Source: Dehalococcoidia bacterium
GTDB lineage: Bacteria; Chloroflexota; Dehalococcoidia; Lucifugimonadales; UBA3495
DNA: 64,000 nt
NCBI GenBank assembly: GCA_965115825.1
Contig: OZ220464.1
Span: 1,221,306 to 1,285,305 of the forward strand
Direction of reading: 5' to 3'
The position numbers and the translations under genes were made by a program. Position 1 is the stretch's first letter. Every line of letters starts with the position of its first letter. The notes below the pieces were generated by a model. The model was not told the origin of the DNA and did no database searches. It was given only the letters and a program-made list of their open reading frames with translations. This document shows positions 1 to 7,680 of this stretch, piece after piece.

Positions 1-1
1 A

Positions 2-27
2 AGCGCCCGGCAAATACCGGGCGCTTT
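2..27 (-). terminator. GC-rich hairpin just downstream of the restriction-endonuclease ORF; possible intrinsic terminator
   Basis: AGCGCCCGG (2-10) pairs perfectly with CCGGGCGCT (17-25) around a 6-nt loop. It begins 8 nt after the stop codon at 34-36. Any minus-strand U-tract would lie outside the window; on the + strand it is followed by TTTGGG. Confidence 0.4.
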
Positions 28-33
28 GGGTGT

Positions 34-708
34 TCAGGGCAAGGCGGCGTTGAGTTCGGTAGCCAAGGCGTTGACGCGACCGGCTTGTGTGACGTTGAAG
101 ATTCCGGTGATGTCATCGCTGCGGTAGCCTACTAGGTCAGGCGGGACGGCGTTGGAGACAATGAAGAACGGGCGAGTACGGTTGTTACGGCGGTAATTTG
201 CGGCGTTGGCCTGCGCTTTTTTCCACGTGTCAGAACGCTCCAATCCAGGGCGGGCCAGAGCAGTAGCCGTTTGGTCGGGGTTTTGGACTTGGCGGGGCGA
301 GCCTTTGGTTTCAATGGCAATGGCGCTGGTGATTTCGATGTCGTGGGTGCGAGTATTCCCAGGAGTGGAGACAGCCGGCAGCTCGAATCTGGTGATTAGC
401 AAGTGGCGAACGGCGCTCTCGAAGGCGCTACCGACCACCGATGCGCGGCTTTGGAAAGTTGCAATTTCGAACACTTTAGCCGCTTCGCACATGGGGCATC
501 GCTGTGGCGCGTTGCCGAACTGCGCGGTGGCAGCGCCGTTGGCTATGCAGGCAAGACAGGCCCAAGCGGGGTAGCAGCCCATCTCATCTATGGCATCTTG
601 AAAGGAGGCGTCAAAGTAATGGCGCAACCTGTCGTTGGTCAGCGTTCGCTCACCAATGAACCGGCGATAGTTGGCAGCGGCGATGGCATCATAGCGAGCA
701 GGCGGCAT
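34..708 (-). CDS. putative type II restriction endonuclease (PD-(D/E)XK-like, with Cys-pair zinc-ribbon-like element)
   Basis: 224-aa ORF whose start overlaps the 3' end of the methylase ORF by 20 nt on the same strand. Two Cys pairs (CLAC, CPMC) are followed by an HDIEI...IETKG motif. The call rests on the motif plus R-M context; I do not recognise the family. Confidence 0.55.
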   Translation of the reverse strand: MPPARYDAIAAANYRRFIGERTLTNDRLRHYFDASFQDAIDEMGCYPAWACLACIANGAATAQFGNAPQRCPMCEAAKVFEIATFQSRASVVGSAFESAVRHLLITRFELPAVSTPGNTRTHDIEITSAIAIETKGSPRQVQNPDQTATALARPGLERSDTWKKAQANAANYRRNNRTRPFFIVSNAVPPDLVGYRSDDITGIFNVTQAGRVNALATELNAALP

Positions 709-1450
709 TGCGCACCTCCGCTATGACGCGGCCGGTTTGGTCGGTTCGGGTGAAGAGAGTGGGGGTTGACGACAGGCGGCGGTGGGCTAACTCACGGTAT
801 TCCCGGGAGGTTTCGTAGCCGACAAATCGGCGTCCGGCTTGGAGGGCAGCGATGGCGGTGGTACCGCTGCCCATGAAAGGGTCCAGCACTACCTCGCCGG
901 CGTAGGTGTAGAGCTCGATGCAGCGACGGGGGAGCTCCACCGGGAAGGGGGCAGGGTGTCCGATGCGGCGCGCCGATTCGGTGGGAAACTGCCAGACGCT
1001 GCGGGTCCAATCTAGGAAATCCTGGCGGGCAATGGTGGACTCGCGGCCAGCGACTTTGGGGCGACGGTAGGTGTCTTTGCAGAGCACCAGGATGTACTCA
1101 TGCACGTCGCGCAGGGTGGGATTGGCAGCGGATTGCCAGCTGCCCCAGGCGGTGGACGAGGCGGCGCTGGCAGCTTTATTCCATATGATTTCGCCGCGCA
1201 TCAGGAAGCCAATGCGGAGCAAGTCTTCGATAACGTAGCGGTGCAGCGGGAGGTAGGGGCGGCGGCCCAGGTTGGCGATATTGAAGCAGACCCGTCCGCC
1301 AGGCACCAGGACGCGGTGGACTTCGCGCATTACCCGGCGCAGGAAAGCCCGGTACTGCGGCAAGGTGAGGTCGTCGTCGTATTCTTTCCCCACGTTGTAG
1401 GGAGGCGACGTAACCATCAGGTGAACACTGCAATCGGGCAGCTCGGCCAT
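689..1450 (-). CDS. beta-class DNA amino-methyltransferase (N4-cytosine or N6-adenine)
   Basis: 253-aa ORF. TSPPYN (motif IV) lies near the N-terminus and DPFMGSGTT (motif I) near the C-terminus, which is the beta-class motif order. The ATG at 1450 may not be the true start, because the frame stays open about 100 codons upstream without a start codon. Confidence 0.85.
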   Translation of the reverse strand: MAELPDCSVHLMVTSPPYNVGKEYDDDLTLPQYRAFLRRVMREVHRVLVPGGRVCFNIANLGRRPYLPLHRYVIEDLLRIGFLMRGEIIWNKAASAASSTAWGSWQSAANPTLRDVHEYILVLCKDTYRRPKVAGRESTIARQDFLDWTRSVWQFPTESARRIGHPAPFPVELPRRCIELYTYAGEVVLDPFMGSGTTAIAALQAGRRFVGYETSREYRELAHRRLSSTPTLFTRTDQTGRVIAEVRNAACSL

Positions 1451-1627
1451 TCGCCGGGCGGACGAACGGGGAATGATGGCGTTGGCAACGCCGGGCGGGA
1501 GCCGATTTTCTACATAGGGAACATCCTGCTCCGACGGCTGACCGCCGTAGAGGCGGCCGGCGTAGAAGCGCGACGAGTTGTGCCCATGTCGGCCGGGTGA
1601 GCCGAAGGCGCCGGTGTGGGTTTTAGA

Positions 1628-1656
1628 CCCTGCTTCGCTTCGCGCGTGGGGGGAGG
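1628..1656. repeat. 29-nt perfect direct repeat, copy 1
   Basis: CCCTGCTTCGCTTCGCGCGTGGGGGGAGG; an identical copy lies 61 nt downstream. Confidence 0.9.
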
Positions 1657-1688
1657 TCGCGCCGTCCGCGCTGCGCCAGGTCGGGCTC

Positions 1689-1717
1689 CCCTGCTTCGCT
1701 TCGCGCGTGGGGGGAGG
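1689..1717. repeat. 29-nt perfect direct repeat, copy 2
   Basis: Identical to 1628-1656. Both copies lie in the start-less open frame upstream of the methylase ATG. Confidence 0.9.
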
Positions 1718-1768
1718 GGGAATTCTGAAGCCAAAACGCGCGGCATTATCGCGCTGTACTTACGAGAG

Positions 1769-1794
1769 AGGCGATTTCGCTACTCGGATTCCAG
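1769..1794. repeat. 26-bp inverted repeat, left copy
   Basis: AGGCGATTTCGCTACTCGGATTCCAG; its exact reverse complement occurs at 3230-3255. Confidence 0.95.
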
Positions 1795-1977
1795 TGGGCC
1801 TTTATGTGGAAACGGCCGCTTCGGCTCCGGGTTGCGTAATTCGGCGTCTGGCTCAAAACGGCGTTGTTGATTGCGCCGTTTTTCTGTGATATACATATCC
1901 CGGACACGGGGAACGATTCGGCGTTTCCCGGTTTATTTTGTCGTTCCGGTAGCAAACCGGATGGGAAGGAGTTAGAG

Positions 1978-2766
1978 ATGATCGATTTTTTGAAGACGGT
2001 TCGTTGGTCGGCGCCGGTGGCGGCGCTGGTTGCCGCTATGCTGGCGGTCGGCGTGAGCATGGGGGGCGGGACGGTTGCGGCGCAAGAGTCCGAGGTGAAA
2101 CCGGGCAGCCCGCCGACGGAAGCGCCGGTGATATACCGGAGCCACACCATCCCCACCGGCCTGGTTATCTTCTGGAAGCCTAAGGCCGGAGCCGCTATCG
2201 GCGACGTTGTCGACGGGGTAACGGGCTACCAGTTCGATATGCGCGTCATCGGTCAGAGCAATTGGTTGGGGGATGAGAAGCATCGCCTTAAGCATTTGGT
2301 CCGGGTATATGCCCACCACTATGCGAACCATGACGGGCCTTACGAATATCGCGTCAGGGCTTTCAACAGCCACGGCGACGGGCCTTGGTCCGAGGTTTAC
2401 CGGCGTCCGAGCGAGGGGAGTGTTGCGCCGGCGCCGGTGGCGCCGGCAGACGGCGTCCGTAAGGGGCGTGGCGTGAGTCGCCTGAAGGTGGTTCCTGTCG
2501 GGGAAGGTACGGCTACCGTGTCTTGGAAAGAGCCAAAGGGAGCTGCTGGCCCTTGCGTTCCAGGCGCAACCCCCCAGTACCGTTACCGGTACTGGAGTGG
2601 CAGTATGCCCAGGGGAGCCGAGGCATCGGATACCCCTCGGAACTCGGTTACGCTGAGCGGGTTGGATCCGGGCGTTGAGTACACCGTGGTGGTGCGGAGT
2701 TATTCTCCCACCTGCGATTCCTGGTCGAAGCCCCGCAAGGTGTCCTGGGTCCAGTCCGGGGGTTAG
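1978..2766 (+). CDS. secreted or membrane-anchored protein with two fibronectin type III-like domains
   Basis: Frame of track ORF 1864-2766. The chosen ATG at 1978 has GGAAGGAG 6 nt upstream. N-terminal hydrophobic signal (WSAPVAALVAAMLAVGV). Two FN3-like modules end in YEYRVRAFNSHGDGPWS and GVEYTVVVRSYS. Confidence 0.7.
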   Translation: MIDFLKTVRWSAPVAALVAAMLAVGVSMGGGTVAAQESEVKPGSPPTEAPVIYRSHTIPTGLVIFWKPKAGAAIGDVVDGVTGYQFDMRVIGQSNWLGDEKHRLKHLVRVYAHHYANHDGPYEYRVRAFNSHGDGPWSEVYRRPSEGSVAPAPVAPADGVRKGRGVSRLKVVPVGEGTATVSWKEPKGAAGPCVPGATPQYRYRYWSGSMPRGAEASDTPRNSVTLSGLDPGVEYTVVVRSYSPTCDSWSKPRKVSWVQSGG

Positions 2767-2798
2767 GTTCGTGGCAACCTGAGGGTTGCTTTGCCGAG

Positions 2799-2838
2799 AG
2801 GAGCTCCAGCAATTACGCCGGGGCTCCTGCTTTATTTC
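2799..2838 (+). terminator. rho-independent terminator candidate after the FN3 gene
   Basis: AGGAGCTCC (2799-2807) pairs with GGGGCTCCT (2820-2828): a 9-bp stem with one G-U pair and a 12-nt loop, followed by GCTTTATTTC. Confidence 0.55.
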
Positions 2839-3229
2839 GGGGAGGCGCAGGCTATTGATATTTCCCCCTTTCCACGGCTCTTTGGCAGGTTGCTTTTTCG
2901 CTCCAGGGGCGGTATTTCTCGTTGCGGAACGATGTTCCACAACGAGGATGGAAACTCATTTTCCTGATGGAGTTTATCGGGAGTTGGGACGGTTGTCGGG
3001 CTGCGCGGTTTTCGTGCTGTGGGCCCTGCGGATGGCCTGTTTGAGTTCCATGATGGGACCTACGAAGGACGTTCCGGCATGGTCGTAGGTCCAGATGTCC
3101 CGGTGGTAGCGCTTGATGCTGCCGCTGGGTCGGTTGTCGATCGTTACGGCGGCTTCGTTGCGTTCGGTTCGGAGGTATGATATTCGGGGCGGCAGCGGCA
3201 ATTTTGTCTCCTTTTCTCCTACTGGCTCG

Positions 3230-3255
3230 CTGGAATCCGAGTAGCGAAATCGCCT
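3230..3255. repeat. 26-bp inverted repeat, right copy
   Basis: CTGGAATCCGAGTAGCGAAATCGCCT is the exact reverse complement of 1769-1794. Confidence 0.95.
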
Positions 3256-3378
3256 ATTACGAGATGGCAACCCCTCCCGATGGAAGCGATTTGTGGTATC
3301 TTGTGGGGCGTTGCGCCGGCGTGAAGGGCGAGTATTGGCGCCGGCTTTACTTTGCGATTGTTTTGAGGTGGTTCCCTG

Positions 3379-4173
3379 ATGGCTTCCTACACTGAGCGGA
3401 TGGTTTCCGTTCGCAACGGTATGTTCAACGTGCAGGTGGCGGAGGGCGGCTCGGGGGAGCCGTTGCTTTACCTGCATGGGGCGGGCGGTTATGTTGGCTG
3501 GCCGGACTATTTGGAGCGGCTGGCACAGGACTATCACGTTTACGCTCCAGCGCATCCGGGGGTTGGAAAGTCCACGGGGTTGAATCATCTGGACGACCTT
3601 TGGGACTTGGCACAGTTTTTTGAGGAGTTGCTGGACGCTTTGGGAATTGAAAGATGCCATCTCATCGGGCATTCTTACGGGGGGTTCTGCGCCGCTGAGC
3701 TGGCCGCCCACCGGCCTGAGCGGATTGCGCGGCTGGCGCTGGTGAACTCGCTGGGGCTGTGGCTGGAGGAGAAGCCGGTGGCGGACTTTTTTATTCTGAC
3801 GCCGGACGAGAGGCGGGAGATGATGTGGCATGACCCGGAGAGTGAAGGGGCGCACGCTTACGTGGCGCAACCGACCGACCCGGAAGCGCGGTTGGAATAT
3901 ACTCTTGACCGAATTCAGACGCTGCAATCGGTGGCAAAGTTCACCTGGCCGATACCGGAGCGGGGCCTGGCCAAGCGCGCCCACCGCATAACGATGCCGA
4001 CGTTGATAGTCTGGGGCGCCTCCGACCGGGTGATTCCGCCGGAATACGGCGAAGCGTTCCGGGAGCTGCTGCCCAACGCTACGCTGACGGTGATACCGGA
4101 GTGCGGCCATATTCCGCAGCTGGAACGGCCTGAGGCTTTCTTTGAAAGCGTACTCGGCTTTCTGCACGACTGA
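3379..4173 (+). CDS. alpha/beta hydrolase (meta-cleavage-product hydrolase-like)
   Basis: 264 aa with HGAGG oxyanion region, GHSYGG nucleophile elbow and C-terminal CGHIPQLE His motif. Confidence 0.85.
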   Translation: MASYTERMVSVRNGMFNVQVAEGGSGEPLLYLHGAGGYVGWPDYLERLAQDYHVYAPAHPGVGKSTGLNHLDDLWDLAQFFEELLDALGIERCHLIGHSYGGFCAAELAAHRPERIARLALVNSLGLWLEEKPVADFFILTPDERREMMWHDPESEGAHAYVAQPTDPEARLEYTLDRIQTLQSVAKFTWPIPERGLAKRAHRITMPTLIVWGASDRVIPPEYGEAFRELLPNATLTVIPECGHIPQLERPEAFFESVLGFLHD

Positions 4174-4259
4174 TGAACCCAATCCGGGCTATGCGACGGG
4201 GATGACCGGCTGCGGGCGACAATAGCGCGTCAATAACCGACGAAGAGGAGAAAGGAACG

Positions 4260-4781
4260 ATGGCTACTCTCAACACCAACCTGCTGGACTCTTTCAACCG
4301 GCACATCAACGCCGAGTTTTACTCGTCCTACCTGTACCTGTCCATGTCAACCTATTGCGAGTCGGTGGACTTGCCGGGGTTCGCTCACTGGATGCGCATT
4401 CAGAGTCAGGAAGAGTACACGCACGCGACGAAGTTGATTGACTACGTAGAAGACCGGGACGCGCGGGTAACCCTGCTGCCGATTGAGCAGCCGCCGATTG
4501 AGTTTGACTCGGTGGAGGATGTGATGCGGCAGACGCTGGCCCACGAGCAGCACGTTACGAGCCTCATCAATGAACTTTACGAGGCGGCGACCGGCGCCGG
4601 GGACTATGCAACGCAGATTATGTTGCAGTGGTTCATCACCGAGCAGATTGAGGAGGAGAAGACGGCGCGGGACGTCATCGCGGCGCTGGAGATGGTGTCG
4701 GGGCGGAGCGACGCTTTGCTGCTGCTGGACCGGGACATGGGAGCCCGGCCGGCCGCTTCTCCGATTGCAACTACCGCCTAG
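4260..4781 (+). CDS. ftn: ferritin (non-haem Ftn type)
   Basis: 173 aa. Carries the INAEFYSSYLYLSM...QSQEEYTHATKLIDY ferroxidase-centre pattern, with GAGGAG upstream of the ATG. Confidence 0.9.
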   Translation: MATLNTNLLDSFNRHINAEFYSSYLYLSMSTYCESVDLPGFAHWMRIQSQEEYTHATKLIDYVEDRDARVTLLPIEQPPIEFDSVEDVMRQTLAHEQHVTSLINELYEAATGAGDYATQIMLQWFITEQIEEEKTARDVIAALEMVSGRSDALLLLDRDMGARPAASPIATTA

Positions 4782-4820
4782 GCCATTGCCCGGACCATTC
4801 GCCACACCGGAGGCAGTTTC

Positions 4821-5321
4821 GTGACGCTTAATGAATTCATCACCGACGCCCTGGAGAAGGAAGCGGGGTTCTTGGCGGAAGCGCTGGACGGGCTGACGCC
4901 TGACGAAGCGGCGTGGCAGCCGGCGTCCGGCGCCAACTCCATAGGCTGGATACTCTGGCACATGACGCGGGTGGAGGATATGTGGATTCAGTTCTTCGCC
5001 CAGTTTCAACCGGAGCTGTGGGAGAGCGAGGGCTGGCACGAGAAGTTTGGTCTGCCGACCCGTGACAACGGCTTCGGACATACTGATGAGCAGGTGAATA
5101 ACTTTCCCCGGCTGGATTTGGCGGAGTTTCTGGAATACCGGGCCGCGGTGCGGGAAAGCACGCTGGCCTATCTGAACACGCTGACGCCGGATGATATGGC
5201 GACTGTGCCGCGGGAGCGACGTCCAGAGATGTCGCTGGGGGCTATGTTCCGGCAGATAATCGGGGAGATGTACCAACACGTGGGGCATATCGCCTACTTG
5301 CGGGGATTGCAGAGGAAGTGA
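4821..5321 (+). CDS. DinB-family (DinB_2) metal-dependent protein
   Basis: 166 aa with a GTG start 7 nt after GGAGG. Spaced His residues (WILWHMTRVEDMW, GEMYQHVGHIAYL) are typical of the DinB four-helix bundle. Confidence 0.75.
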   Translation: MTLNEFITDALEKEAGFLAEALDGLTPDEAAWQPASGANSIGWILWHMTRVEDMWIQFFAQFQPELWESEGWHEKFGLPTRDNGFGHTDEQVNNFPRLDLAEFLEYRAAVRESTLAYLNTLTPDDMATVPRERRPEMSLGAMFRQIIGEMYQHVGHIAYLRGLQRK

Positions 5322-5398
5322 CGACGGTCGTCGGGTCGAAATGCGCCGGCGCGTCTTGAAAATCCCATAGAAGCCCTGGCATAACGCAGGTGGTTGCA

Positions 5399-6541
5399 AT
5401 GTCGGCAGGAGGGCCAATCGCCGGAGCTGCGCCTATATCGGATAGCGGGCGCATTACGGCTCTTGACCTGATTCGCGGAGCGGCGGCGCTGGGCATCCTG
5501 CTGATGAATGCGGTGTCTTTCGCCTTTGGAGATGCGCCTTACTTCAATCTGAACGCCGGCGGCTCAGAGACACCGCTGGACTGGGCGGTTGGGGTCTTCG
5601 GGGAAATTTTCGTTGACCAGAAGTTTATGGGGATGTTCTCCCTGCTCTTCGGAGCAGGGATGCTCATTTTCATAGACCGGGCCGCCGAACGGGGCGCGCG
5701 CGGCGCGTGGCTCAGCTTGTGGCGCAGCGTGCTGCTGTTCGGCATCGGGCTGGCCCATTTCCAGCTGTGGCAAGGCGACGTGCTGATGATTTACGCCCTC
5801 GCCGGCTTCATGCTGCTGGCGGCGCGCAAGCTGCCGGCGCGGGCGCTGATGGCGATTGGCGTCGGCATCTTTCTGCTGTCGGTCGGCGGCGACCTATACG
5901 GCCAGCAGCTGGTGAACTCGGGGGCCCCGCTGGGCGGTATCTGGTCAACTACGGAAGCGGAGCATGACGCCGTGCAGATGCTCTCCTGGGGAGCTTACAT
6001 TGTCCGAGGCATTGGGATGGTTCTGCTGGGCGCCGGGCTGTACCGGGCCGGCTTTATGAGGGGCGATAAGTCGGCGAGTACGTACCGGATGACGGCGCTT
6101 ATCGGGTTGGGAGTGGGTTTGTCGCTGGCGACGACGGGGGTTGTAATTACCTGGCTGGGGGACTACTCACGGGAGGTCGCCCTGATTGGGCAGGTTCCCA
6201 ACAATTTCGGCACCATACCGGCGACGTTGGGTTATGTCGCTCTGCTCTTCATGTGGAACGCAGGGGCGGACAGTTGGCTCAAGCGACGGCTGCGCGCGGT
6301 AGGCCGGATGGCGCTGACCAACTATCTGGCCCAGTCCGTCCTCGGCGTACTGACGCTGACGGTACTGCTGGGGGATTGGCCTTTAACCCGCAGCGCCGCG
6401 CTGGTTTTTGTGCTGGCGGTTTGGGGGCTGCAATTGTGGTGGTCGCAGGCGTGGCTGAATCGCTTCCGCTTCGGGCCGGCGGAGTGGGCCTGGCGGGTTG
6501 CGACGTACCGCCGAGGGCAGCCGCTGCTGGGCAGGGAGTAG
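5399..6541 (+). CDS. DUF418 (YeiB-like) integral membrane protein
   Basis: Carries LDLIRGAAALGILLMN at the N-terminus, many TM segments, GRMALTNYLAQS and C-terminal FGPAEWAWR. The start is either ATG 5399 or GTG 5390. Confidence 0.8.
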   Translation: MSAGGPIAGAAPISDSGRITALDLIRGAAALGILLMNAVSFAFGDAPYFNLNAGGSETPLDWAVGVFGEIFVDQKFMGMFSLLFGAGMLIFIDRAAERGARGAWLSLWRSVLLFGIGLAHFQLWQGDVLMIYALAGFMLLAARKLPARALMAIGVGIFLLSVGGDLYGQQLVNSGAPLGGIWSTTEAEHDAVQMLSWGAYIVRGIGMVLLGAGLYRAGFMRGDKSASTYRMTALIGLGVGLSLATTGVVITWLGDYSREVALIGQVPNNFGTIPATLGYVALLFMWNAGADSWLKRRLRAVGRMALTNYLAQSVLGVLTLTVLLGDWPLTRSAALVFVLAVWGLQLWWSQAWLNRFRFGPAEWAWRVATYRRGQPLLGRE

Positions 6542-6547
6542 CGGCTG

Positions 6548-7009
6548 CTATTGCAACCGGCGCAGTCCCTCTTCCAGGGCTACCCAGGGCAGCAGGGCGC
6601 ACTTGATGCGCACCGGGTACCGGCGGACTACTTCCAGCGCTTGCAGCTCGCCAAGCTCGGCGAGGGCTACCGGGGGGAGAGGTTTGCCCTGCATGAGGTC
6701 GCGGAAGAGCTGGGAGAGGTCGGCGGCTTCGTCCAAAGCGCGCCCTTGCACGGCGTCGGCGAGGAGGGAGGCCGACGCCTGTACGATGCTGCAACCTTCG
6801 GCAACGGCACTGACGCCGGCGATTACGGCGCGGCTGCCCGGCGCGCCATCAAGTTTGAGTTGGAGGTTGGCGCGGTCGCCGCAGAAGGGGTTGAACTCTT
6901 CGGCTTCGGCGTCGGGATGCTCCAGGCGGGCCCGGCACTGGGGGTTGCGGTAGTGCTCCATGATGACGTCGCCGTAGAGGGCGTCGGGGCTGTCGGGGGG
7001 TTGGGGCAT
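6548..7009 (-). CDS. SufU/IscU-like Fe-S scaffold, second paralog
   Basis: 153 aa with three conserved Cys contexts (NPFCGD, AEGCSIV, RIKCALLPW). It is the last gene of the suf cluster. Confidence 0.8.
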   Translation of the reverse strand: MPQPPDSPDALYGDVIMEHYRNPQCRARLEHPDAEAEEFNPFCGDRANLQLKLDGAPGSRAVIAGVSAVAEGCSIVQASASLLADAVQGRALDEAADLSQLFRDLMQGKPLPPVALAELGELQALEVVRRYPVRIKCALLPWVALEEGLRRLQ

Positions 7010-7230
7010 GGCGCTTAGGGTGTGGGGATGGGATTGGCGCCGGGGTTACGGCTGTCTGAGTTGGGCATGGCGCGCAGGATATTGGCTCCGGATTCCGGGG
7101 AAAGCCGGAATGACGAACCGGCGAACCTTGTAATGACAAACTGATGTGATCCCTGAAATGACAGGCTGACGCAGAGCTTTACGATGGGGAACTGATGCGG
7201 CGGTCTAGATGATGGGACTGATGGAGGAGC

Positions 7231-7680
7231 TTATTCGGTGGTGGCGACGGATTCGCCATCCAGGGCGGCTTTCAGGGTGTGCCAAGGCAGGATGGCGCAC
7301 TTGATGCGGGTGGGGTAGGCGATGACGCCGGCGAGGATTTCCAGGTCGCCGAGGAGGTCGTAGTCCAGCTGTGCGTCGGGTTGGGTAAGCATACGGTGAA
7401 ACTCTTCGAACATGGCTATGGTTCGGTCGGGGTCGGCACCTTTCACGGCCTGGGTCAGGAGGGAGGCCGAAGCGCGGCTGATGGCGCAGCCGTGTCCTTG
7501 AAAGGCGATGTCGTCCACCGTTTCGTCGCCGATACGCAGCTGGAGGGAGATCTGGTCGCCGCAGAGGGGGTTGAAGCCGTCGGCCTGGTGAGTTGCATCG
7601 CGCAGGGTGCGGAAGTTGCGGGGGCGGCGGTTGTGCTCCAGGAGGATTTCCTGGTAGAGGTCGCTCAGGTCGGAAGCCAT
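7231..7680 (-). CDS. sufU: SufU Fe-S cluster assembly sulfur-transfer/scaffold protein
   Basis: 149 aa with NPLCGD, GHGCAIS and RIKCAILPW. Its ATG overlaps the sufS stop (TGATG). Confidence 0.9.
   Translation of the reverse strand: MASDLSDLYQEILLEHNRRPRNFRTLRDATHQADGFNPLCGDQISLQLRIGDETVDDIAFQGHGCAISRASASLLTQAVKGADPDRTIAMFEEFHRMLTQPDAQLDYDLLGDLEILAGVIAYPTRIKCAILPWHTLKAALDGESVATTE

Noticed and set aside
2974-4182. 402-aa minus-strand ORF
   Set aside because: From 3379 onward it is antisense to a well-supported alpha/beta hydrolase gene, and its translation is Arg/Pro/Gln-rich shadow sequence typical of high-GC DNA. Only its last about 70 codons (2974-3180) lie in intergenic DNA and look protein-like, but they have no start codon or RBS. 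That part is left as a possible gene remnant, not a feature.
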